Positions 1 to 9,468 are shown, counted from the stretch's first letter. The stretch: DNA of 64,000 bases from an uncultured Planctomycetaceae bacterium (GCA_964472875.1 CAYYMD010000001.1:11505-75504); one strand, 5' to 3'. Notes: generated by a model from the sequence alone, not told the origin. Translations and numbers: made by a program.

Positions 1-172
1 CGACGCTCGCACCGCGCGCAATATTCTTTCGCAGATCCACCCGCCTGAACTGAAAACCTGAATCTCGACTCAAACCACGTGTTCAAAAAAAAACAAGGAT
101 CGTATAACAAGAAGGCTGCACTTTCAGCAATGTCACTCTGCCATTTATGTAGCCATTCCTACACCTGAAACG

Positions 173-213
173 TTGAATTGCTCTCCATGGTGCATAGAAT
201 GAAATGGTATAAT
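173..213 (+). promoter_or_regulatory. candidate sigma70-type promoter for nifU (extended -10 TGgTATAAT at ~205-213; weak -35-like TTGAAT at ~173-178 with poor spacing)
   Basis: Motif read directly ~37 nt upstream of the nifU ATG; not validated. Confidence 0.3.
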
Positions 214-249
214 CAGAATTAATGCAGTGAAATCCACGGCGAGAATAAC

Positions 250-1107
250 ATGTGGGAATATACGCAAAAAGTTAAAGATCACTTTCTCAATCCCCGCAAC
301 ACGGGCGAAATTGAGAATCCGGACCTGGACGCCACTGTTGGCAACATGGTCTGCGGCGACGCCCTGCGGATTATGATACGATTGGACGAGGAAGGCAAAA
401 TCGCCGACGCCAAGTTCCAGACGTTCGGCTGTGCCAGCGCCATCGCCTCCAGCGATGCGCTCGTCGAGGTTATCAAGGGCAAAACCGTGGATGAGGCCGC
501 CGAGGTATCCAACGACGACATTGCCGATTATCTCGGCGGACTGCCCAAGGCCAAACTCCACTGTTCTGTGCTTGGCATGGAGGCCCTCCAGAAGGCAATC
601 GCCAAATATCGCGGCCGGCCGTTCGACCTCGAAGAGGAAGGCGAAGTTGTCTGCCAGTGCTTCGGCGTCACGGACCGGCTGATAGAGAAGGTTGTCCGCG
701 AGCACGACCTCAAGACGGTGGACGAGGTAACACACTACACCAAGGCGGGCGGCGGATGCGGGTCCTGCCACGACAAAATCCGTGAGATCATTTCCAGGGT
801 TCAAGGCGAGACAGAAACGGCCCCCGCGCCAAAAGAGCATCCGGCCGGTAAGCCCATGACAAACCTCCAGCGAATCCGTCTTATAGACGAAGTCATCGCC
901 AATGAGATCCGCCCCATCCTGCGCAAGGATGGCGGCGACATCGAACTTGTGGACGTGGACGGAAAGAAGGTGCAGGTCGCCTTTCGCGGAAACTGCGCGT
1001 GGTGCCGCACGCGCGAATTCACAGCAGACAGCACCGTCGGCGCTAAACTGAGAGAACTGGTGGACCCACAGATAGTCGTGGATGACGTGAGCGAACGGCT
1101 TGAATAG
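250..1107 (+). CDS. nifU: Fe-S cluster assembly scaffold NifU, full three-domain form (IscU-like N-domain, central BFD-like [2Fe-2S] domain, C-terminal NifU/Nfu domain)
   Basis: IscU-like N-domain with three Cys (VCGDALRI, FGCASA, LHCSVL); central CQCFG...GGGCGSCHD; C-terminal NCAWCRTRE CxxC; cysteine desulfurase gene follows 19 nt downstream. Confidence 0.85.
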   Translation: MWEYTQKVKDHFLNPRNTGEIENPDLDATVGNMVCGDALRIMIRLDEEGKIADAKFQTFGCASAIASSDALVEVIKGKTVDEAAEVSNDDIADYLGGLPKAKLHCSVLGMEALQKAIAKYRGRPFDLEEEGEVVCQCFGVTDRLIEKVVREHDLKTVDEVTHYTKAGGGCGSCHDKIREIISRVQGETETAPAPKEHPAGKPMTNLQRIRLIDEVIANEIRPILRKDGGDIELVDVDGKKVQVAFRGNCAWCRTREFTADSTVGAKLRELVDPQIVVDDVSERLE

Positions 1108-1125
1108 TTTGAGAAGGTCGGGTAT

Positions 1126-2328
1126 GTGCGTATGAGCGAAGACGTTATATACATGGACAACAACGCCACCACTCGCGTGGCCGACGAGGTCCGAGAAGCG
1201 ATGGCGCCGTTTCTGAGCGAGTATTACGGCAACCCATCAAGCATTCACAATTTCGGCGGGCAGGTTGCCGCCCACGTGGACAAAGCCCGCCAACAGGTGG
1301 CACACCTGCTTGGCTGCCATCCTACCGAGATAATCTTCACCTCTTGCGGCACCGAGAGCGACAACACTGCTATACGAAGCGCGCTGGAGGTAAACCAGGA
1401 CCGTCGGTACATCGTAACCACCCGCATTGAGCATCCGGCCGTTCGGAATCTCTGCTTGAAATTATCCGATTCGCGGGGGCTGACGCCGCAGTATCGCCTC
1501 AGCGAAGTACCCGTCGACAGCCGTGGCTCACTGGCACTGCCGGATGTGGGAGATGCAATCAACAACGACACGGCCGTGGTCTCGGTCATGTGGGCTAATA
1601 ACGAAACTGGAAATATCTATCCTGTAGAAAAGATAGGTGCGATGTGCCGCGACCACGGCGTGCTGTTCCATACCGATGCTGTCCAGGCCGTGGGCAAAGT
1701 CCCAATGAATCTCTCGCAGACGCCCATCGACATGCTGAGTCTCTCCGGCCACAAACTTCATGCGCCCAAGGGCATAGGCGCCCTGTATGTGAGGCGGGGA
1801 GTGCGATTCAGTCCGTTTATGGTCGGCGGGCACCAGGAAAACAACCGCCGTGGCGGCACCGAGTCCGTGCCGCTGATCGTAGCCCTTGGCAAGGCCGCGG
1901 CAATAGCCGCACAACGGCTGGAAGACGAACAGACCCGCGTGCCGGCGCTGCGCGACCGCCTGGAGCGGGAACTGCTCGCACGCTGCCCCGACGCGCGCGT
2001 AAACGGCGACCCGGAACACCGCCTGCCGAACACCTCAAACATAAGTTTCGAATATGTTGAGGGCGAGAGCATTCTGCTGATGCTCAACGAGCACGGCATT
2101 TGCGCATCCAGCGGCTCCGCCTGCACCACCGGCTCGCTGGAGCCCAGCCACGTTCTTCGCGCCATGGGCATTCCATACACGGCCGCACACGGCTCGGTAC
2201 GGTTTTCGCTTAGTGTGTACAACACGGATGAAGAGGTCGACAAGGTCATCAAGGTGCTCCCGCCGATAATCCGCCGGCTGAGGGAAATCTCGCCGTTCGG
2301 GCGGGATTCCGTAAAAGCAAAGGCGTAG
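1126..2328 (+). CDS. nifS: cysteine desulfurase, NifS/IscS class (PLP-dependent)
   Basis: Class V aminotransferase signature: MDNNATTRV, SGHKLHAPKGIGALYVR (PLP Lys), HGICASSGSACTTGSLEPSHVLRAMG (active Cys); 400 aa. Confidence 0.9.
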   Translation: MRMSEDVIYMDNNATTRVADEVREAMAPFLSEYYGNPSSIHNFGGQVAAHVDKARQQVAHLLGCHPTEIIFTSCGTESDNTAIRSALEVNQDRRYIVTTRIEHPAVRNLCLKLSDSRGLTPQYRLSEVPVDSRGSLALPDVGDAINNDTAVVSVMWANNETGNIYPVEKIGAMCRDHGVLFHTDAVQAVGKVPMNLSQTPIDMLSLSGHKLHAPKGIGALYVRRGVRFSPFMVGGHQENNRRGGTESVPLIVALGKAAAIAAQRLEDEQTRVPALRDRLERELLARCPDARVNGDPEHRLPNTSNISFEYVEGESILLMLNEHGICASSGSACTTGSLEPSHVLRAMGIPYTAAHGSVRFSLSVYNTDEEVDKVIKVLPPIIRRLREISPFGRDSVKAKA

Positions 2329-2420
2329 CGGTGTCTAAAATGAAATGTAATCCCCGAAAAAGATGAATTCGTGGGCGGGTGATTGTAACCGGGTGTATAT
2401 CATCAAAGGATGTGATAAAA

Positions 2421-3158
2421 ATGCTCAAACCGCAATGCCCCGGACAGGACAGGAGATACTGGAAAGCCCAGGACGTTGTGGAGGAGCCATGCCCCTTCTG
2501 CGGCGAGGTGCTGGAATTATGGAAGGACGACGCCCGCCGGCGATGCAGCGGCTGCGGAAAGGTCGTCAGGAACCCGCACTTCGACATGGGCTGCGCCAAG
2601 TGGTGCAAGTTCGCCTCGCAGTGCCTGGGCATACCCGACTCGCAGGTCAGGGATGAGTCGCTGTGCGACCTGCTTATAAGGAAGATGCAGAAGGTCTTCG
2701 GTACCGACCAGCGCCGCATCCGCCACGCCTATCGCGTGCTGGATTTCGCCGAGCAGATACTGAACCGGCATGAAGCCGACCCGCTGGTGGTCATGGCCGC
2801 CGCCATTCTGCACGACATCGGCATAACCAAGGCGGAAAAAAAGTATGGATCTTCGGCCGGTAAATACCAGCAGATGGAAGGCCCGCCCATAGTCCGACGT
2901 ATACTCACCGAAGCCGGTGTGGATGAGCAGCGCACGAAACACATTTGCGGCATAGTAGGTGACCACCATTCCGCAGCACACATGAACACGCCGGAGTTCC
3001 ACATCCTGCGGGATGCGGACAATTTGGTGAACCTCTTCGTCGAGGCGGAAAAACCTTCCGCCAGGAATATTGGGGATGTCATCGACCGCGTCTTTAAAAC
3101 TGACGCCGGCAAAGAAATCGCCCGGCGCCTGGCGGACTCAAAACACACTGCGTACTGA
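2421..3158 (+). CDS. HD-domain metal-dependent phosphohydrolase with N-terminal Cys-rich zinc-ribbon region
   Basis: ORF is open from 2379 but ATG 2421 has an AGGA Shine-Dalgarno ~10 nt upstream. N-term CPGQ..CPFCG..CSGCG..CAKWC; HD motif AAAILHDIGI and downstream His-rich GDHHSAAH. Confidence 0.6.
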   Translation: MLKPQCPGQDRRYWKAQDVVEEPCPFCGEVLELWKDDARRRCSGCGKVVRNPHFDMGCAKWCKFASQCLGIPDSQVRDESLCDLLIRKMQKVFGTDQRRIRHAYRVLDFAEQILNRHEADPLVVMAAAILHDIGITKAEKKYGSSAGKYQQMEGPPIVRRILTEAGVDEQRTKHICGIVGDHHSAAHMNTPEFHILRDADNLVNLFVEAEKPSARNIGDVIDRVFKTDAGKEIARRLADSKHTAY

Positions 3159-3181
3159 ATAAAGTTACACATAAGCGGCTT

Positions 3182-3220
3182 GGAGGCATCGAAGGGCGCC
3201 AAAGACCTCCATTTTCTTAT
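3182..3220 (+). terminator. weak candidate stem-loop (ggagg...cctcc) plus T-rich tract after the HD gene
   Basis: Imperfect inverted repeat followed by attttctt; read by eye. Confidence 0.2.
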
Positions 3221-3627
3221 AAAGAAATATGAGCAATGACCATTCTTCGTCAGGACTCCGCCTACACTACAAATAAAAGATTCTATGCCATATAATGCGC
3301 TGCCGCTAGGTGCAATAATGAAAATACGAAAAATCATCCCGGCTGCAGAAACAACCTGGCAAACAGTTCCCGGCACCGCGATCTTGTCGAGAAGCATCGA
3401 AAATCGCTTGAAAAATTTATGCGGGAGACCGAAGATCCTGCTCTTCCTCTCTTTCTCAACCGTCACGACACCGATTTTTGCGAGAAGTTTATGAAATGAT
3501 GAGTGGCCTCTAAAGTTGACCCCACAATCCACCGCACAGCCAGGACAACGGCAAATTATTGCCTTGAGCGGGGGCTTGATTTTAACTACATATAAAAAGC
3601 TAAACACAAAGCAGAAGGGAGTTCCAA

Positions 3628-5058
3628 ATGATAAAGAGAAGAGTCTTTCTGAAAAACTCGATTTTAGCAGGTCTTGCCGCAACGGCTACAAGCAGCTTCG
3701 CGGTCACTGTGAAAAGACCCAATATCCTGTTTATCTTCATAGATGATATGGGTTTTGCGGACCCTTCCTGCTTTGGCAATTTCATGGTCGAAACTCCCAA
3801 CATAGATAAACTCGCCGCAGAAGGTACAAAACTAACCAATTTCTATGTAAACTCCCCTATATGCTCTCCTTCCAGGGTTGCGGTAATGACCGGTCAGTAC
3901 CCTCAGCGCTGGAAGATACATTCATACCTCTGCTCGAAAAAGAACAACGAGAAACGCGGCATGGCGGACTTCCTCTCGACCAGGGCCCCAGCTACTGCTC
4001 GGGAGTTGCAGAAAGTCGGTTACAACACCGCGCACTTCGGCAAATGGCACGTCGGCGGAGGCAGGGACGTGGACAACGCCCCGCTGCCCCAGGAATACGG
4101 ATTCGATGAATCTCTCGTTGCCTTTGAAGGTCTCGGAGACAGATTGATATATGAAGGGCATAGACTTTCTTCGCAAAGCGCAAAGTTGGGAAAAGGCGAA
4201 ATCATCAGGACAAAGAAACACAAGGGGACGAAACACTACGTCGACCGGGCATTGAAATTCATGGAAATGAGTAGCGACAAGGACGAGCCGTTCTATATTG
4301 AGCTTTTTCCGAACGATGTTCACGATAAACACAATCCTGAAAAAGGTTCCGCCGAAAAGTGGGAACAGGTAACTGAAAATCCATGGAAGCAGAAATTTTT
4401 TGCCGTCCTCAAAGAGATGGACCGCCAACTCGGAAGAGTGTTCGACAAAGTCAAGCAACTCGGCATAGCCGACAACACTCTTATCGTATTCACCAGCGAC
4501 AACGGTCCGACGGATTGGCGTTTCTACTATCGCGATGGTTGGTCACCGCCGGGATCCACGGGAAAATTCTACGGCCGGAAATGGAGCCTTTACGAAGGCG
4601 GCATAAGAATGCCGTTCGTCGCAAAATGGGAAGGCAAAATACCAACCGGCGCTATCAATACCAAGGCAATATGCGCGGGTATAGACCTTTCGCCAACATT
4701 CATTAATATTGCGGGCGCCGATGGCTCGGCAAAAAAGGATGGCGAGGATATCATGCCTGCGCTTCTCGGCAAGAAATTCGAACGGGCAAAGCCCATTTGC
4801 TGGCAATATGGAAAACCTTTCGCCAAATTGATGCCCGGTAATAAAGAATTCGTCAGCCCCTCTTTTGCGGCCAGAGACGGCAGGTGGAAGTTGCTTGTCA
4901 ATCCTGACGGGTCACATGTCCAGCTTTACGACCTCAGAGGCGACCCAAAAGAAACTATAAATCTGGCTTCACAAAAGCCGGAAAAAGTGAAACATCTTAA
5001 GAAAGAAATCAAGAACTGGGCACAAAACGTAGGAATTGCAGACAAGGTCATATTCTGA
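3628..5058 (+). CDS. sulfatase (arylsulfatase family, formylglycine-dependent) with twin-arginine (Tat) signal peptide
   Basis: N-term KRRVFLKNSILAGLAATA matches S/T-RRxFLK Tat motif; sulfatase signature SPICSPSRVAVMTGQYP (C-x-P-S-R FGly site); GKWHVGG; AGGGAG SD upstream. Confidence 0.85.
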   Translation: MIKRRVFLKNSILAGLAATATSSFAVTVKRPNILFIFIDDMGFADPSCFGNFMVETPNIDKLAAEGTKLTNFYVNSPICSPSRVAVMTGQYPQRWKIHSYLCSKKNNEKRGMADFLSTRAPATARELQKVGYNTAHFGKWHVGGGRDVDNAPLPQEYGFDESLVAFEGLGDRLIYEGHRLSSQSAKLGKGEIIRTKKHKGTKHYVDRALKFMEMSSDKDEPFYIELFPNDVHDKHNPEKGSAEKWEQVTENPWKQKFFAVLKEMDRQLGRVFDKVKQLGIADNTLIVFTSDNGPTDWRFYYRDGWSPPGSTGKFYGRKWSLYEGGIRMPFVAKWEGKIPTGAINTKAICAGIDLSPTFINIAGADGSAKKDGEDIMPALLGKKFERAKPICWQYGKPFAKLMPGNKEFVSPSFAARDGRWKLLVNPDGSHVQLYDLRGDPKETINLASQKPEKVKHLKKEIKNWAQNVGIADKVIF

Positions 5059-5245
5059 TTACGCCGAGGCATATTTTGGCATGGCATAGAGAGTATTCGC
5101 GAAGGTGCAAATTCTCCTAAGTATGGAAGAACAACATTAATGTCGAATTACGAAACCTGCCCGTCCGCCGTAGACGAAACATAAGGCAAAAATGTAAAGT
5201 ACTATAGAGTTAGGTTTTAGCCCATAGTACTTAATCATCGGAATA

Positions 5246-6526
5246 CTACTTCGTCAGTTCTTTCCAGAGTGCCTGCTCGGCCTCGTCGAATCTGGAAAAA
5301 GTATTTTGTATCTGTTCCTTAATCTTCAGCATCTGCGGATCGTCGGCGGGGATACCTTCCGGATGCGCCTTTATCAGTCCTGCAAGCTTTGCCATCGCCT
5401 GGTCGAGCTCAGATGCCCCGGCCGAGAACGCCCTGGCTGCATCGTGTATATTCTGCGAGCGAAGTTCCTTGTCCTCCGGCCTGTACAGCAACCGCCACGG
5501 ACTTCGGCGGATTTCCTTGCTGGCGGATTTAAGGTTGGCCGAAACCTGGGCCATGTTATCTATAATCTCATCCACGTTGCCACGATGCATCAGAACGATT
5601 TCCTTGGCGTTTTTGGAAACCGTACCGAAGTTCTTGACTATCTGGAGCACCTCGGTGTTGGTCTTTCGAAGTTTTTTGAGGATTTCAGCTACATCATCCT
5701 TGGTATAGGTTTCGATGGCCTTGGTCGTTTTGACTATCGACGTTAGAGACTTGTCTATTTTCGGCCGGGCATCGGTGGTTATTTTTTTTATGTTCGTCAC
5801 GGCCACGTGCACCTTGGCGATGATGGAGTCATCGCTTTCGCGGTCGAGTTCGGTGCGAATCGAGGTGGTTGCTTTGTTTATATCGGCTACACTCTTGCCG
5901 ATTTTGGCCAGCAAAGAATCCACTTTCTCCGGATTAGTCTCGTTTTTAAGCGTCTTGGTGATATCTTTGATATCAGTCATTGCAGTCTTCATGGTGTCGA
6001 CAATTTCATGAATCTTTGCAATCAGCGCATTTTTGACCTTGGGATTCATTTCCTGCTTGAGCGACTTTGAAATATCGTCGAGATTAGCCATAACCCCCGC
6101 GCGCCTGAGTGCTATGGGATGTTTCTCATCAGCCGGGGGTTTTTCGCTGCTACCCCTATCTGTTATTACCAACAGTCCCCCACCAATAGGCGGGACCTTA
6201 GCATGGGCCCGGCCATCAGTGTATATTTCCATTCCCTCCCGCTCTATCCTGGCTACGTAAATTGTTCTGCTGCGGTCAGGATCGAAATAAATTTTCGTAA
6301 TTTTGCCTATCGCGTCATCGTTGACTCTGACTTCGTTACCGACCTCCAGCCCGACCGAACCGGTGGATTCCTCCACGTAAAAGTGCGCCTCGGACGCCGT
6401 CGGCGCGAAAACCTCTGCCACGCCAAGCCATAGCACCACGGCAATGGTTACAAGTAACGCCGCTATAACAAAAATTCCCGCTATCAGTTCATTGTGTTGT
6501 TTTTTCGCCATGATGCTTGTCTCCAA
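5246..6526 (-). CDS. MlaD/Mce-family substrate-binding protein (single N-terminal TM helix, MCE domain, long C-terminal coiled-coil extension)
   Basis: N-term TM LIAGIFVIAALLVTIAVVLWL; MCE-like core GNEVRVNDDAIGKITKIYFD...GGGLLVITDRG; ~280-aa K/E/T-rich helical tail; immediately downstream of the ABC ATPase and permease. Confidence 0.75.
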   Translation of the reverse strand: METSIMAKKQHNELIAGIFVIAALLVTIAVVLWLGVAEVFAPTASEAHFYVEESTGSVGLEVGNEVRVNDDAIGKITKIYFDPDRSRTIYVARIEREGMEIYTDGRAHAKVPPIGGGLLVITDRGSSEKPPADEKHPIALRRAGVMANLDDISKSLKQEMNPKVKNALIAKIHEIVDTMKTAMTDIKDITKTLKNETNPEKVDSLLAKIGKSVADINKATTSIRTELDRESDDSIIAKVHVAVTNIKKITTDARPKIDKSLTSIVKTTKAIETYTKDDVAEILKKLRKTNTEVLQIVKNFGTVSKNAKEIVLMHRGNVDEIIDNMAQVSANLKSASKEIRRSPWRLLYRPEDKELRSQNIHDAARAFSAGASELDQAMAKLAGLIKAHPEGIPADDPQMLKIKEQIQNTFSRFDEAEQALWKELTK

Positions 6527-6537
6527 TGATTAATCGC

Positions 6538-7398
6538 CTAAGACTCTGATACTGCGCCGAGTATATCTTCACGATACCCGGTACTGAGACGTCGGCGTGT
6601 AATAGGCCCGTCAGAGTCGCCTCGCAAAAACTGGCGGATTAGCTCCGTGGTTTCATCATCCGTAGGAGGACCGTCGCGGATTTCTTCGAACTCTTGGCGC
6701 GCTCCTATTTTCAAAATACGGCCGGCGTCGAGCATGGCCATGCGGTTTGCAATGGTGAATGCCGAGTCCATCTCGTGCGTAACGACCACAGATGTAACGC
6801 CAAGTTTACCCGAAAGATCCTTTATCAACTGATCGATTTCGGCCGAGGTCACCGGATCGAGTCCGGCCGAGGGTTCATCGTAGAAAAGTATCTCAGGGTC
6901 AAGTGCTATCGCCCGGGCCAGGCCCGCCCGCTTTTTCATGCCGCCGGAAATCTGGGCCGGCATAAGGTCAACCGCCCGCCGCATGCCCACTAATTCAAGT
7001 TTTATCCGTACGATAATGTCTATCGTGGCCTCGTCGAGGTCGCTGTGCTCCTTGAGCGGAAGGGCCACATTCTCGCCCACGGTCATAGAGTTGAAAAGGG
7101 CTCCGGACTGAAACAGTATGCCGAAACGCTTTCGTAGCGCATCCATCCGCTCTTCATCAAGCGAGGCGATATCCCTGCCGAAAATCTCCACTCTGCCCTC
7201 ATTCGGCACAAGCGAACCGATCATATGCCTCAGCAGCGTGCTCTTGCCGCACCCGGAGCCGCCCATGATGACCATCGTCTCCCCCGGGTATATGTTCAGG
7301 TTAACGCCGTCAAGGACAGGACGTGAATCGAACCGTTTGACCAGGTCGATCACACTTATGACGGGCTCGGGTTTTTGGTTTTCTTCAGGCATATTCAA
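6538..7398 (-). CDS. ABC transporter ATP-binding protein, MlaF-like
   Basis: Walker A GGSGCGKST, ABC signature ISGGMKKRAGLARA, Walker B ILFYDEPSAGLD; typical MlaF-length C-terminal extension. Confidence 0.85.
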   Translation of the reverse strand: MNMPEENQKPEPVISVIDLVKRFDSRPVLDGVNLNIYPGETMVIMGGSGCGKSTLLRHMIGSLVPNEGRVEIFGRDIASLDEERMDALRKRFGILFQSGALFNSMTVGENVALPLKEHSDLDEATIDIIVRIKLELVGMRRAVDLMPAQISGGMKKRAGLARAIALDPEILFYDEPSAGLDPVTSAEIDQLIKDLSGKLGVTSVVVTHEMDSAFTIANRMAMLDAGRILKIGARQEFEEIRDGPPTDDETTELIRQFLRGDSDGPITRRRLSTGYREDILGAVSES

Positions 7399-7471
7399 TC
7401 CACGAATTACATTAGCCGGGCGGATCTCAGGAATTTTTCAGCCCATTAGTGAGATTCGCGTAATTCGTCAA

Positions 7472-8296
7472 TTACAAACCAAACACGTAAAATACCATGG
7501 TAAACACGCACGCGGCGGATATTATCGCAACGATAGAATAAACAACTGTCATCGTAGTGGCCCTTCCGACTCCCTCTGCCCCACCACGGACGCTGAGGCC
7601 CTCGTAACAGGCGATAAGTGAAATAAGCACACCAAACACGCCACCCTGGATCAATCCGGTGTAAAAATCGCGATACAGTATTTGCTCCTGCATCCGCTGC
7701 CAGTAACCGACATACACCCGCGGGCCAAGTACGCCCCAGGCCGTTAGCCAGCCGCCGAAACCTATGACCACATCCGCAACAACCGTCAACAGCACCATCA
7801 CAACCAGCGTCGCCAGTACGCGTGGAACGACCAGGTAGCGGATGGGGTTCATGGCCATTGTCTCCATGGCCTCTATTTCCTCGCCGACAACCATCGTGCC
7901 AAGCTCAGCCGCTATGGACGCCCCCGCGAAGCCGCTTAGAACCACCGCGGTTATTATCGGCCCGAGCATACGGAAGCCCGCCTTGCCGATTATCAGCGAG
8001 ACCTGGTGCTCCTGTCCGTAGACCTTCAGGGGCGGTGTCATCTGAAGTGCCAGTATTACTCCTATGAACACCTGGACCAGCGCTACGATTGGCAGACTTT
8101 TGAGGCCGACCCGCACAATTTGCTTGCTGACCGCTTCACCGCGCAGATGAACCTTCCGCGAGAATATTCCTTTGCCGGCCCATTGAAACGTGGTCCCACC
8201 CAGCAGCGACATTCCACCGGTGTATCGCACGGCCGTTAGGAACCGTCGCCCCACAGCCCGGACAAAATCACCCAACATTCGACCGGAAGAACTCAT
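7472..8296 (-). CDS. ABC transporter permease, MlaE-like
   Basis: Polytopic membrane protein of 274 aa with MlaE-like organisation; sits between the STAS gene and the MlaF-like gene. Confidence 0.8.
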   Translation of the reverse strand: MSSSGRMLGDFVRAVGRRFLTAVRYTGGMSLLGGTTFQWAGKGIFSRKVHLRGEAVSKQIVRVGLKSLPIVALVQVFIGVILALQMTPPLKVYGQEHQVSLIIGKAGFRMLGPIITAVVLSGFAGASIAAELGTMVVGEEIEAMETMAMNPIRYLVVPRVLATLVVMVLLTVVADVVIGFGGWLTAWGVLGPRVYVGYWQRMQEQILYRDFYTGLIQGGVFGVLISLIACYEGLSVRGGAEGVGRATTMTVVYSIVAIISAACVFTMVFYVFGL

Positions 8297-8646
8297 GCAG
8301 TCATCGCCTCGTCAATACTATCGCAAATCTTAAAAATACCGTTAAGTCGTGTTATTTCGAAGAGACTTTTGACCCGAGGATTCAGGCCGGCCAGTACGAT
8401 TTTTGCGCCTGTCTTCCTGCTTCGCGACAGCAGTTTCACAAGCGACGCCAGGCCGGATGAGTCCATGTAGTTCACGCCATGCAGCGAAATCACAATACGC
8501 TGCGGGTTGCTGTTTAGAATTTTCAGCACCTCCTGCTGAAACGCCACACTGGAGGACATGTCGATATCACCTGTTGCGCTGACGATCGCGGTGGCGTCTT
8601 TCCAGTCGACTGACTCTATCGGTTGATTCACTGGAGTCTGGCTCAC
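8293..8646 (-). CDS. STAS-domain protein (anti-sigma-factor antagonist / MlaB-like) with canonical phosphorylatable Ser
   Basis: SpoIIAA-like fold motif VNYMDSSGLASLV (DSSG phospho-Ser motif); 4-nt overlap with downstream permease start and 4-nt overlap with upstream kinase stop. Confidence 0.8.
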   Translation of the reverse strand: MSQTPVNQPIESVDWKDATAIVSATGDIDMSSSVAFQQEVLKILNSNPQRIVISLHGVNYMDSSGLASLVKLLSRSRKTGAKIVLAGLNPRVKSLFEITRLNGIFKICDSIDEAMTA

Positions 8647-9146
8647 TTTAGCTCCTTCGAATCTGATGGTTCAAGCTGCTTTTCCATGGTCAGGACGGTC
8701 CCTCCGCCCTCGGCCGGATTGTATTCCACCCGGTCCATGAATTCTTTCATTATGTGCACGCCGAGCCCGCCGGGACGCACCTCGCCAAGGTCGCGAGATC
8801 GGATACGTTCTGCATCCACGTGTTTGCCGTAATCGCGTATGCGAATCCGCAATCCTCCCGGCGGCGCGGACAGCGGCGCCAGTTCGACCTCGATTCGCCC
8901 GTCGCCGGCACCGTCGTAGGCATGCCGGATAATATTGGTCAGCGCCTCATCCACGCTGACGCTGGCGCCGTGGGCGCCGTCTTCGTCAAAGCCGACCATA
9001 TTGCAGAAACGCCCCACCGCAGCCCTGACTACAGGCAGGTGCTCGGCCACCGACATTATCGTTATGCCAACAGTTTTATCCGCAAGTTCACTCATTTTGT
9101 TGTTTTTCTTTGGCCGGCCGTGTCCGGGGACCGGATGTTTTTTCAA
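8643..9146 (-). CDS. anti-sigma regulatory factor-type serine protein kinase (RsbW/SpoIIAB-like GHKL ATPase)
   Basis: N-box EALTNIIRHA; G-boxes IRIRDYGKHVD and RPGGLGVHIMKEFMD; alternative ATG at ~9095 (MSELADK) would remove overlap with upstream gene. Confidence 0.75.
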   Translation of the reverse strand: MKKHPVPGHGRPKKNNKMSELADKTVGITIMSVAEHLPVVRAAVGRFCNMVGFDEDGAHGASVSVDEALTNIIRHAYDGAGDGRIEVELAPLSAPPGGLRIRIRDYGKHVDAERIRSRDLGEVRPGGLGVHIMKEFMDRVEYNPAEGGGTVLTMEKQLEPSDSKELK

Positions 9147-9468
9147 GCCACCGACGCCAGCGTCTCACGGCCTCTGCCCGTTTGCAGGCGTCTTCATAAT
9201 GACAGTAGCCCATATTCTGCCCGGTAATTTTTCTCAGGGCCATTATTGCAAAAAATCGGACATCCGCCTCACTGTCCGTGAGACGGTCAACGAGAAAAGG
9301 CAAGGCCTTCTTGTCGTCGGTCTTTGCAGCCAGCTTGACGGCCTCGATTCGCCTGTCAGGGTCTTCAGACTGCAGGCCCTTGTAAATATCCATGTTACTT
9401 TCGGCACAACCACCGATTATGCACGTCACGTATATCTGCAAGAAACAAAACTTTCGAAATATGCTCAT
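9088..9468 (-). CDS. HEAT-repeat (PBS-lyase type) lipoprotein
   Basis: Lipobox-like CIIGGCAES after hydrophobic N-term; HEAT repeats DPDRRIEAVKLAAKTDD / DSEADVRFFAIMALRKITG. Confidence 0.5.
   Translation of the reverse strand: MSIFRKFCFLQIYVTCIIGGCAESNMDIYKGLQSEDPDRRIEAVKLAAKTDDKKALPFLVDRLTDSEADVRFFAIMALRKITGQNMGYCHYEDACKRAEAVRRWRRWLEKTSGPRTRPAKEKQQNE

Noticed and set aside
145-840. 231-aa minus-strand ORF overlapping nifU antisense, plus nested 60-120-aa ORFs across 279-1172
   Set aside because: They completely overlap a strongly supported nifU gene on the opposite strand. No family resemblance. Typical high-GC antisense open frames.
3271-3296. TATAAT hexamer at 3291-3296 upstream of the sulfatase gene
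   Set aside because: It lies about 330 nt from the ATG, with no convincing -35 at 17 bp spacing. Too weak to call a promoter.
2729-3682. 317-aa minus-strand ORF spanning the HD gene (antisense) and the sulfatase upstream spacer
   Set aside because: Antisense to a supported gene and runs through an AT-rich intergenic region. No recognisable domain.
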